DNA from: a virus | Taxonomy: Duplodnaviria; Heunggongvirae; Uroviricota; Caudoviricetes | Virus record (IMG/VR): IMGVR_UViG_3300031998_000029 | Coordinates: 79,666 to 114,910 of that record | Length of the DNA: 35,245 nucleotides | Reading direction: 5' to 3' (one strand) | Part shown: positions 26,971-35,121 of the stretch, piece after piece | Layout: each line of letters begins with the position of its first letter | Position numbering within the stretch: position 1 is the first letter of the stretch | Made by a program: the position numbers and the translations under genes | Notes under the pieces: generated by a model | Seen by the model: only the letters and a program-made list of their open reading frames with translations | Databases searched by the model: none | What the model was told of the DNA's origin: nothing

Positions 26971-28098
26971 TCAGTCAACGCGGCGTCCGTTTCCGTCCAC
27001 TTCAACGCTGATAAGTTCGGGGCTGTCATTTTGCCGCACCTTAGTATAACCGGCGTAGTTTGTGTTGTAGCCGTATTTCGGTATGTATGAGCGCCGGCTT
27101 TTAATGGCGAACGCCTTTGCTGTATCCGCCTTGCCTTTGTCGGAGCACTCGTAAATAATATAGTGTTTTACATTATCCCACCCGTATGATTCTATCGCAT
27201 TGGATAAAGATGAACTGCGGTACGCATGTCCGTTGCTCCACGCATCTCTGAGAGTCTTTTCGGTGAGACCGATATACACCTTTTTATCCGGAAATACATG
27301 CATATAAACCGTGTATTTCTTATCGTTCGGACATTTGTTTTCTTCGCCGCGAATACGCATTACGGAGTTGATCTTCTGCTGTGTAACAACTTCAACGGAA
27401 CAAGAGGAACAATATCTCTGATTGGTTCCCTTTGTAGGGTTGTTGTATTTTGTGGTAATGCCGCAGTTCTGACACTTGAAGTATGGCTCTCCGTGGTACT
27501 TTAAATACTGATATCCGAGATTCCTGAAATCCGAAACCTTAATAGCCGTGTCGCCGTCTTCAATAAAACAAACCCTGACATTGGTGTTGTCCACCTTTTT
27601 TGAAAACCGCACCATGCCGGCCGCATTAAGCGTATTATACATAAGGCTCTGGCGCTTAATAGACGTATTGATGTTTGCCATGCGCATTATATCGCTGTCT
27701 TTGCTGTTGACCCAGTGGTCTCCGCGCGGATTTACGGCGTCCCAGTATTTCGCCAGGCACAGGAGTGTAAACGCGAGCCGTCTTATTTGACGTCCCTGCA
27801 GAGAGTCTATTTTTTTCATCTCCGGCTTTGTAATGCAGATATAATCTATTTTGATCGCATCGTTTTTAAGAGCCCTGTCCAAAGCATAGTCTATTGTGTC
27901 AGACCACCTCGGCAGAGACGCCGTCGGCTCACACTGAAGCAAAAACGAATCGAGCATCTTTCTTACTTCTTTCTTCGGACAGTCGTTGTCTATATAATAC
28001 CTTGCCACGCGGCTCAGGGTCTCAAAGGGCTTCTTTCCGAGGCTTCGGGATGTTATCATGTCCTTCGCCCATTTATGTTCATTTAATACAATATTCAT
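26971..28098 (-). CDS. Hypothetical protein with Zn ribbon and C-terminal degenerate GIY-YIG domain
   Basis: 375 aa, GTGA-coupled to the polymerase gene; CQNCG...CSSC; YTVY-x9-VYIG...YGW...GYN. Confidence 0.75.
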   Translation of the reverse strand: MNIVLNEHKWAKDMITSRSLGKKPFETLSRVARYYIDNDCPKKEVRKMLDSFLLQCEPTASLPRWSDTIDYALDRALKNDAIKIDYICITKPEMKKIDSLQGRQIRRLAFTLLCLAKYWDAVNPRGDHWVNSKDSDIMRMANINTSIKRQSLMYNTLNAAGMVRFSKKVDNTNVRVCFIEDGDTAIKVSDFRNLGYQYLKYHGEPYFKCQNCGITTKYNNPTKGTNQRYCSSCSVEVVTQQKINSVMRIRGEENKCPNDKKYTVYMHVFPDKKVYIGLTEKTLRDAWSNGHAYRSSSLSNAIESYGWDNVKHYIIYECSDKGKADTAKAFAIKSRRSYIPKYGYNTNYAGYTKVRQNDSPELISVEVDGNGRRVD

Positions 28099-30815
28099 TC
28101 ACTCACTCCGATCTGTATGGATTCTACGGCAAACTTCTCGCCGCAATATTCTATGTCGCCCTGACTGTTTTTTACCGGAAAGGTTATCGTGTTGTTGTTA
28201 TGTATCAAAAGATTATGTATGATTTCCGACCCGCACATACTCCACGCAAATTGTTTTGTTGAGTTCCTGGTGTAGCATATGTCCAGAATAATATTGCAGA
28301 GAGCGTCTGCGTCAGAACATACAAGCTGGCACTCTTTCCTGAACTCGTCGTTTATCGCACAGAACATTGCGTACGAGTCATATTCGTCCACTCTTTCGCT
28401 GTCTGCAAATATTGCATAACTGCTGAGCCTTTTATTGTAGTTCTCGTAGAGCTTCTTGATTGCTCGGAACTGATAATTCGTATACTGAGCAGAGCTTCTC
28501 ATAATACTGTAGTCGAACTTGTATGTAGAATTGTGCTTTCCCACATACCCGTCAAACTCCGCTTCAAAACGCCTGCATATCTTGTTCATGATGCAGTCGC
28601 CGACTCCTACGGGCATTCTGTAATCATAGTATTTCAGAAACTCCTTCTGCCTGGGCGTAAGGTCTTCATACGGAAGAGAACGGAGTTCCGAAACAGTGAG
28701 CTGAAATTCTCTCAGCGCATTTCTGTCGGTATTCTTAATGTATGTATTGTACTGTTTCATGAGAGCCGGGTAGATATACCTCATGAAATAAGGCTTCTTA
28801 TCCGCGACGATCCTTCTGTACAACTCTCTGACATCCGGATCTTCTATTTCATACACGGCGTGTCTATCATGCCATTCTCTGGGCATTGGGTTACAAACAA
28901 TCCCTTTTGCTTTATCTATGGAATTCTGTTGGTAGAGCTGGCCGCACCTTATTCTGTATGAAAGCATTTTGTATTCATCGGACTCGGGGGCAAATCCTGA
29001 TCTGACTTCGAACATGCTCGTTATCCAGTTCGTGGTCTGCCCGATCTCATTTCCGAAGCTTTCTATGTTCGACCTTATGAAATCTTCTTCCGCAGATACA
29101 CGCTTCTGTGCTTTGCGCTGTATACACATGAGCGCAGGCAGCGGAGTAAGCCTTTCCACGAGTACACGGTTGTCGGTAAGCATTACGATGTCCCCATCGG
29201 AGTCCATCCCGTTCAGAGCCGCAAAGGTTGTATCCCATCCGTTGAATATTGTCACGGTGTTCATATATCGATACCAGTATCTGGCGTCGGAGTTATCGAC
29301 CGGGCGCATTAGCCTTATATTGTTGTGGCAAGTCATCGGAGCGCGAAAGCAGGCAAGTTTCTCGGCTCCACAGTCCGCCCAGTATTTATTGTAGATCTCT
29401 CCGGCCTTTAAAAGCCCCGTCTTCTCCAGACCGAATACGCTCTGGCAGAGAAGATACGGATCTCCGGAGACGATGGAATAATTGCCGTGGACTTTTAATA
29501 CTCCTACCTTTGCTTCGTTGATACGGTTACGTATCGTTTGGTATATGGCGTTTTGAATAAACGGGTCGTCTATCATCCTTTTGTCTATCATCAGCGCCTT
29601 GATATAGTCGTCATCCGCAGCGGCGATGTTGTTCTTGTTAAGGCCGGAGCCCTTGAGAAACAGGATGGTCTTTCTCCAGTCTCCGCGAAGCACGTCCCTG
29701 ATCTCGTCCATCGTGGGGGATATGAGCTCTTCTATATCTTCGTCTGTAAGCTCGTAGCTCTGGATGAACTGGTAATTAAGGTTGCGTTCGTTTTCGAGTT
29801 CTTCCGGGCACGTCTTCGCAACGCCGAACGTATATCCGTTCTTAACAGACTTTTCAAGGTAATCTTCACAGCTCTTATAACTGTCCCACAGCTTCACCAT
29901 TGATACGGTCATTATCAGCTCGACTTCGCGCACGTCGACGTCGTTTCCCCATGCGTCCTTTACTATATAATTACCGGCGATTCTTTCCGCGAAGTCTATG
30001 AAGTCGAACGTGAAAGCCATGCCCTTTTCAAAAGAGAATCTGGTGTTTACGCCGCTTACGATATAATCAAGTCCAAGCTCCCGGCTCCACCTTTCCGCAA
30101 GCGAGGGCAGCATTATTCCGAACCCGTCCGATGCGTCCATTGTAATGAGCCGTCCGGTCTCTTCTTTCATCACCGGCTCCCCGGCGTTCTCGTCTGTAAG
30201 CGAAATAATATCAGAAACAAACTGTGTTTCCACATCGTTTACCACAAGTATCCCATGGGGCATTGAGACCGGGTTTGATGCACTGCACGTAAGAGCGCGG
30301 TACGCTTCGAGCTTCGCCGTCACCAACTCCTTATTGGGATCTCTGTCGTTTTCTATTCTTCTTTTCAGTTCTTCCGAAAGGCGTTCGCTTACAAAAACGA
30401 TGGTTGAATTCTTGATGCCGCCGTTTGTACCAAGCAGGCGCTTATACTTTATATTGTTTATAGTAAATCCATGGCAGGCTCTATGGTAATCCTTTTTCTT
30501 GTCGATTATCAAACACATGTAATCCGGCTTAAACTGAATATCGTCCAGCTCGGCATAAAGCTGCTTGATGGCTCTTCTGTTTTCAGTCCCGCCCGGCTCC
30601 CTGCGCAGTTGTCTTATTCTGTATTTGATCTCGCGGGCTCTGTCATCCGCGTCGGTTATTCCGTTCAGCTCGTCTATCCATCTCAGTATCTGGCTGTCGG
30701 CAATCGATATGATCTCTTCATTTCTTCTTGCCTCGGAAATAGGCAGCGTAAGCTTCCACTTCTCTCTCCGAAGGCGGCTGCTGTGGATCTTATATATATA
30801 CTTCTGGCACACCAA
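28095..30815 (-). CDS. yonO: YonO-like single-subunit (two-barrel) RNA polymerase, eukaryotic RdRP-like family
   Basis: 906 aa; catalytic GMDSDGD (29190-29204) preceded by FRAP; DASDGFG and TRFSFEKG motifs; located upstream of the packaging operon as in SPbeta. Start possibly ATA 30827. Confidence 0.85.
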   Translation of the reverse strand: MVCQKYIYKIHSSRLRREKWKLTLPISEARRNEEIISIADSQILRWIDELNGITDADDRAREIKYRIRQLRREPGGTENRRAIKQLYAELDDIQFKPDYMCLIIDKKKDYHRACHGFTINNIKYKRLLGTNGGIKNSTIVFVSERLSEELKRRIENDRDPNKELVTAKLEAYRALTCSASNPVSMPHGILVVNDVETQFVSDIISLTDENAGEPVMKEETGRLITMDASDGFGIMLPSLAERWSRELGLDYIVSGVNTRFSFEKGMAFTFDFIDFAERIAGNYIVKDAWGNDVDVREVELIMTVSMVKLWDSYKSCEDYLEKSVKNGYTFGVAKTCPEELENERNLNYQFIQSYELTDEDIEELISPTMDEIRDVLRGDWRKTILFLKGSGLNKNNIAAADDDYIKALMIDKRMIDDPFIQNAIYQTIRNRINEAKVGVLKVHGNYSIVSGDPYLLCQSVFGLEKTGLLKAGEIYNKYWADCGAEKLACFRAPMTCHNNIRLMRPVDNSDARYWYRYMNTVTIFNGWDTTFAALNGMDSDGDIVMLTDNRVLVERLTPLPALMCIQRKAQKRVSAEEDFIRSNIESFGNEIGQTTNWITSMFEVRSGFAPESDEYKMLSYRIRCGQLYQQNSIDKAKGIVCNPMPREWHDRHAVYEIEDPDVRELYRRIVADKKPYFMRYIYPALMKQYNTYIKNTDRNALREFQLTVSELRSLPYEDLTPRQKEFLKYYDYRMPVGVGDCIMNKICRRFEAEFDGYVGKHNSTYKFDYSIMRSSAQYTNYQFRAIKKLYENYNKRLSSYAIFADSERVDEYDSYAMFCAINDEFRKECQLVCSDADALCNIILDICYTRNSTKQFAWSMCGSEIIHNLLIHNNNTITFPVKNSQGDIEYCGEKFAVESIQIGVSE

Positions 30816-30882
30816 CTGTTTGCTTATATCCTACCACCCCTTATCATCATGGCTTAGAATCATATTCTAACGTCAAAAAAAA

Positions 30883-31062
30883 TTAATCAGAGTATTCTTT
30901 TATGTATAGAAACCATGCTTTGTAGAATTCTTTCCTGTCCTGCTCGACGGCTTCCAGAAGAGATTCTTCTTCGTCTTCAACGTCCGCAGGAGCGTAATAT
31001 TCGCATATTCTGCCCGCGCAACACACATCGCGGAAGCAGCAGCGTGAGCAACTCTTAGCCAA
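30883..31062 (-). CDS. Small Cys-rich protein (59 aa), absent from ORF track
   Basis: SD AAGGAGG then TTG at 31062; MAKSCSRCCFRDVCCAGRICEYYAPADVEDEEESLLEAVEQDRKEFYKAWFLYIKEYSD; overlaps the helicase stop. Confidence 0.7.
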   Translation of the reverse strand: MAKSCSRCCFRDVCCAGRICEYYAPADVEDEEESLLEAVEQDRKEFYKAWFLYIKEYSD

Positions 31063-32287
31063 CCGTACCTTCCTCCTTGCTTAAGCTTTCTATCCAATCA
31101 ATGAGCAGCGTTCTCATTCTCCTGCTCGGTATGTATAAATAGACTTCAGTGCCGTCCCTTATTGCAGACCGCCATATCCACTGCACCATAATGGAGAGCG
31201 CATAAACGTCTTCATTGACATCGATGCCGTGCATCTGGTAGAACTTCTTTTCATTTACGTTCATAAAAAGGTTTGCAATATAGACAAGGCAGTCCTTGTC
31301 TCTGAAATCGTTCGTGGCTTTTGCGTTGAACGTAAGAAAGGATTTTGTATAACCCTTTCCTTTAATGGCGTTGTAAGCCCCGTTGTACGAACCCCAGAGT
31401 CTCCGGTCTGATGGAATATCCCGCCATATATTATTGTAGCAGTTTATTACGTTTCTCTTTAGCTGTTCGACGCCGCTTCCGCCGCGCTTAAACCAGTTTA
31501 CCGATAGAGCGTGGTAGTCGTCTCCGACGTCGTTGATCCTGTCCCGCTCCATAATATGAAGCATATCCTTAAGCCGGCTGACATACTCCGGCGTATAGCC
31601 GGGGTATTTACCAAAACGGTAGCCCCCGCTCTCAGTCCGTTCTATTCCGATGTACTCATACGGGATATTATATATTTCCATAAAGTAGTGCAGGCTCTGA
31701 CCTTCGAACATATAGGTCAGAATAAAAACGTCGTTGAACGAAGTAAGAAGTTCGGGCGGCAGCGCCCAGTAAAACAGGCTGTTCTCGTCCTTGTCTGTCA
31801 TCTTAATAAGCTCTCTCGAACGAAGCAGACCGAACAGGTCTGCAAGAGCCCGCCCCCTGTACTCCTTATCAGTAACGGAATACACTCCGTTGTTGTCCTT
31901 AATATATCCGGCCTCCACAGCGAGTTGAAGATCATCGGTGTGAAATTCGAATGTTTCAAGCACATCCACGTTTTCATCTATTATAAGCGTATAACCCTGT
32001 TTCCGTATATCATCCAGAGTTGCCGGGGTGTAGCCTTTGAACGCCTGGTGCGTTGTCGTGATGTTCCGCCCCTCCTTAATCAGAGCCGCAGTATGGACGG
32101 ATTTCTTGAACTCATACTGCTTCAGCTTATTGCTGGGCTCGGCGAAGTGCATATGCGGGCACTCCCTTTTTATCCTGTTCGCTTCGCTCAGGTACGGAGT
32201 GATGTAGATGAACTTCTCGTCCGGGTGCTCGTTCAGGTATGTGATGGCAGCGCTGGATTTTCCGCTGCCCATAATGGCATCGCACAC
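31055..32287 (-). CDS. SF2 helicase-like P-loop ATPase
   Basis: Walker A GSGKS, Walker B IIDE, late QWIWRSAIR (motif VI-like); start may be ACG at 32296. Confidence 0.7.
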   Translation of the reverse strand: MCDAIMGSGKSSAAITYLNEHPDEKFIYITPYLSEANRIKRECPHMHFAEPSNKLKQYEFKKSVHTAALIKEGRNITTTHQAFKGYTPATLDDIRKQGYTLIIDENVDVLETFEFHTDDLQLAVEAGYIKDNNGVYSVTDKEYRGRALADLFGLLRSRELIKMTDKDENSLFYWALPPELLTSFNDVFILTYMFEGQSLHYFMEIYNIPYEYIGIERTESGGYRFGKYPGYTPEYVSRLKDMLHIMERDRINDVGDDYHALSVNWFKRGGSGVEQLKRNVINCYNNIWRDIPSDRRLWGSYNGAYNAIKGKGYTKSFLTFNAKATNDFRDKDCLVYIANLFMNVNEKKFYQMHGIDVNEDVYALSIMVQWIWRSAIRDGTEVYLYIPSRRMRTLLIDWIESLSKEEGTVG

Positions 32288-32393
32288 TTTTACCGTGGTG
32301 AACCGCCCCCTTTCTCACACTTTTCCATATACATATATATCATCCTTTCTTAGCCTCCGGGCAAACCGTGCGGCTGTTTTTGTATTTGTATTA

Positions 32394-33218
32394 TTAGCCG
32401 AGCATCTCATCCGACTCGCCGATGTTGCTGTCAACAAGCCACCCGCAGTCAGAGCTGCCCAGGTTGAGATTGCGGTATGCGTTCTCTATCTCTTCTCCGG
32501 TCAGTCCTATATAATCGAGAGTCTGCGCGGGAGTAGAGTGCCCGAGCATCTTCTGCAGAAGAAGCAGCCGTCTGGAGTCGTTGTAGCCCTGCACCATCAT
32601 CCAGTAGCAAAACGTCTTTCTTAAGGTGTGGGTAGACATCTTCATATTCAAATCAAGGTCTTTCGCAATACCCTTGAGTATGCGGTCTACAGACCATGTG
32701 GCTAAAGGCTCGTTCAGGTTCCCGCCGCGATTTGAAACGCTGCGGAACATGTAGTCGCTGAGGCACACGCCCGGGGTGTGCTCCAAATATAAAGTTACGG
32801 CTTCTATTACCGCGCTGTTAATGGTTATGTACCTGTTCTTCCTGCGCTTACGAGTGTTGCGGGTCTTCTTTTCAAATACGGGGAAGCTGTCCTTAAACGT
32901 ACAGTTGTCGTTTATCAGGTTGGAGAACCGCAGCACGCGAAGATCGCTGACTCTGAGCCCGAAATTGATACCAACGATGAAGAGCATATTGTCACGGTAC
33001 CTTCCGTTTGATACAAGGTACTTGGAGATCCTTATAATATCATCCATGCTCTTAATGGGTTCCGCCGCGTGTTCGGGCGCAAGCTCGCAGAGCGAGTCTT
33101 CCCTGGGGGGAGCTATAAGCCCCGGGGAGAGCTTGCGGACGCCGCTGAGTTTAAGGGAGTTAAGGTCTATTGCTCCGCCTGCGCTGTTAGAAAAATCCAG
33201 ATGAATAACTTCTGCCAT
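32394..33218 (-). CDS. Tyrosine recombinase (catalytic domain only, no SAM-like N-domain seen)
   Basis: SD AAGGAG then ATG 33218; GLRVSDL, K, HTLRKTF, LGHS, TLDY catalytic set. Confidence 0.9.
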   Translation of the reverse strand: MAEVIHLDFSNSAGGAIDLNSLKLSGVRKLSPGLIAPPREDSLCELAPEHAAEPIKSMDDIIRISKYLVSNGRYRDNMLFIVGINFGLRVSDLRVLRFSNLINDNCTFKDSFPVFEKKTRNTRKRRKNRYITINSAVIEAVTLYLEHTPGVCLSDYMFRSVSNRGGNLNEPLATWSVDRILKGIAKDLDLNMKMSTHTLRKTFCYWMMVQGYNDSRRLLLLQKMLGHSTPAQTLDYIGLTGEEIENAYRNLNLGSSDCGWLVDSNIGESDEMLG

Positions 33219-33286
33219 AAAAAACACTCCTTAATGTAATTCTGAATGCGTGTTTGAGCTGCGTGTGAGATGCGGGTTTATGACCG

Positions 33287-33309
33287 TTTACAACCTTTGA
33301 GGTTGTAAA
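33287..33309. repeat. Perfect 10-bp inverted repeat in the recombinase leader
   Basis: TTTACAACCT-TTG-AGGTTGTAAA. Confidence 0.8.
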
Positions 33310-33534
33310 AGTTCTCGAAACCCATTGGGGCTCAGGGGATCGGGGGTTTGTCCTTAAAAGACAAAAACCAATTTGTGATTGTATTAAATCTGCTGTTGTT
33401 TTGCCCTTACATTTATGTGAGCGTCCGCTCATCACACCCCGCCGACCAAGCCGTTCACGACCCGATCCTTTTGGTTCTTACGGTCGGCTCCATTGCTCAC
33501 CGATCCCGTTAACATCCAAAACATAATATATAAT

Positions 33535-33564
33535 AATATATTAAAAACCGAAAAAATAAGTCAA
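33535..33564 (-). promoter_or_regulatory. Candidate sigma-A promoter for the leftward operon
   Basis: TTGACT-N18-TATATT in an AT-rich intergenic region; spacing suboptimal. Confidence 0.35.
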
Positions 33565-33939
33565 CTATCAATTGGCTATAATTAATTATAACATATTAAA
33601 CCCCACGTTCAGAAGGAAATCACAAAACTTTTTGAAATAATTTTTCACAAACTTCCTTCTAAGTTTATGTGGGGTTTTATGACATTTGACAAAAACATTG
33701 CGATCCTAAAAAACAAAAAAGAAATCAATATATAGGTTGTTATAATGCGTAATAACACAAAATATTGTGGTGTGATGGATTTTTTGGGTGGGGATGGGAG
33801 ATGGAGCGACTGGCACCGTCTGCGCCGCGAATCGCCGCGAAAATACCATAACCAAGCTACTTTAATGTGCGATAGCAAGAACAAAGCACTTTGAAATTAA
33901 ACCGTCAAAATGTACAAGTAAGTTTGTGCAAAATGCCGA

Positions 33940-33968
33940 TATACAAAATCGGCGGCATGGATTATAAT
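33940..33968 (+). promoter_or_regulatory. Candidate sigma-A promoter for the sigma-like gene
   Basis: TATACA-N17-TATAAT; the -35 is overlapped by inverted repeat GCCGAT-N7-ATCGGC. Confidence 0.4.
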
Positions 33969-34030
33969 AATTGACATAAACCCGCACGGGCACTTTGAAA
34001 ATTTTATAACGAAAGAGAGGAGCAAAACAC

Positions 34031-35032
34031 ATGAAACACACGACCGAAAAAACCGCGCTTGTAATCCGTGTAAAGTACGCAAACGGACGATACGCAAAAC
34101 AAGAAACCGCAAGGGGTATCTGGCATGAAGTAGCAATAAGAAAAAACGGTGAACAGTATCTATCAAAAAAATCCGAATTGCTTTACAAAGGCAATTTAAA
34201 GTATGAAGCCATGTCGCGCGATGAAATTCCGAACATGGCAGTCTCTTATATGGCATATAAAGCTCCAACATATGTTTATACGGCACTTAATCAGGTGTAC
34301 AAAAATACAGGACACGAGCGTATATGGCAATTAATGTGTGAGACATTGCAAGTCATGAAAAACGGAAACCGCACACGAGCAGACGTATCAACGAACATTG
34401 ATAAAAAGTATATACTCCACAGATCACAAAAAAAGCGCATACAAACTTATACAATGAAAAGGAACGGAAACCGCAGATACAGAATCGAATTACTTAAACC
34501 AGTTGAAAAGCTAGAAAATACTGAATACTGGAAGGAATATGTTGAAGCACTAGACGCGCACAAACTCGTTGATGTCGAAGCTTCGGACTTAATTCAAGAA
34601 GCCACAGAACACATGATTCTTTTATATCGGCTCGGGGTAATTAATTCTTTCGCGGATGTAAACCTTTTTAGACACTCTGTTTATCGGGCCGTACAAAGAT
34701 ATATACATCGGCAAAAACGCGAATGGACGGAAATAGATATTGCCGATGTGAAAAACAAAACGGCAGAGAACGAAGCCCTTGCTCGGATAGAATCGTCAAC
34801 GGTGATTGAAGCTATTTTAAAACATCTTAAAGATGCAGCGCGTTCCAATGTCAATCTTAATACGCTAGAATCGATTTACAAGCTTGTTTTGATACAGGGA
34901 TATAGTCAAGCGTACACAGCGGAAAAGCTCGGCATATCGCAACAAAGAGTTAGTAAAACAGTAGCATATGTTAGAGAGAAACTGACAAGCCCCGAAATTA
35001 TCGATATTATTCATGAAATGCTTATTGTTTAA
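34031..35032 (+). CDS. Atypical sigma-70/ECF-like factor with long N-terminal extension
   Basis: SD GAGGAG; region-2-like SDLIQEA...VYRAVQRYI and region-4 HTH GYSQAYTAEKLGISQQRVSK. Confidence 0.65.
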   Translation: MKHTTEKTALVIRVKYANGRYAKQETARGIWHEVAIRKNGEQYLSKKSELLYKGNLKYEAMSRDEIPNMAVSYMAYKAPTYVYTALNQVYKNTGHERIWQLMCETLQVMKNGNRTRADVSTNIDKKYILHRSQKKRIQTYTMKRNGNRRYRIELLKPVEKLENTEYWKEYVEALDAHKLVDVEASDLIQEATEHMILLYRLGVINSFADVNLFRHSVYRAVQRYIHRQKREWTEIDIADVKNKTAENEALARIESSTVIEAILKHLKDAARSNVNLNTLESIYKLVLIQGYSQAYTAEKLGISQQRVSKTVAYVREKLTSPEIIDIIHEMLIV

Positions 35033-35043
35033 ACAGAAGCATT

Positions 35044-35080
35044 AAAGAGTGGTATAAACCACTCTTTTTTTTTTTTTTTT
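35044..35080 (+). terminator. Intrinsic terminator with T16 tract
   Basis: AAAGAGTGGT-ATAA-ACCACTCTTT; T run 35065-35080; lies 11 nt after the sigma-like gene stop. Confidence 0.8.
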
Positions 35081-35121
35081 GAAAGTGTAGTAAAAACCGT
35101 CCTAAAAACTCGTGTATAGTG

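Noticed and set aside
30900-31097. 65-aa track ORF between helicase and polymerase
   Set aside because: The overlapping frame 30883-31062 has a perfect SD and a protein-like sequence, so it is the better gene call.
11-33204. Numerous plus-strand ORFs in the track (e.g. 11-544, 2051-2602, 14974-15843, 31511-32353)
   Set aside because: They lie antisense to coherent, SD-bearing minus-strand phage genes and show no recognisable motifs; they are shadow ORFs.
33971-33999. TTGACA hexamers at 33971 and 33686 as sigma-A promoters
   Set aside because: No acceptable -10 hexamer at 16-18 nt spacing.
33187-34286. Track ORFs 33187-33435, 33645-33884 and 33897-34286 on the minus strand
   Set aside because: No convincing SD or motifs; they overlap the regulatory region or lie antisense to the sigma-like gene.
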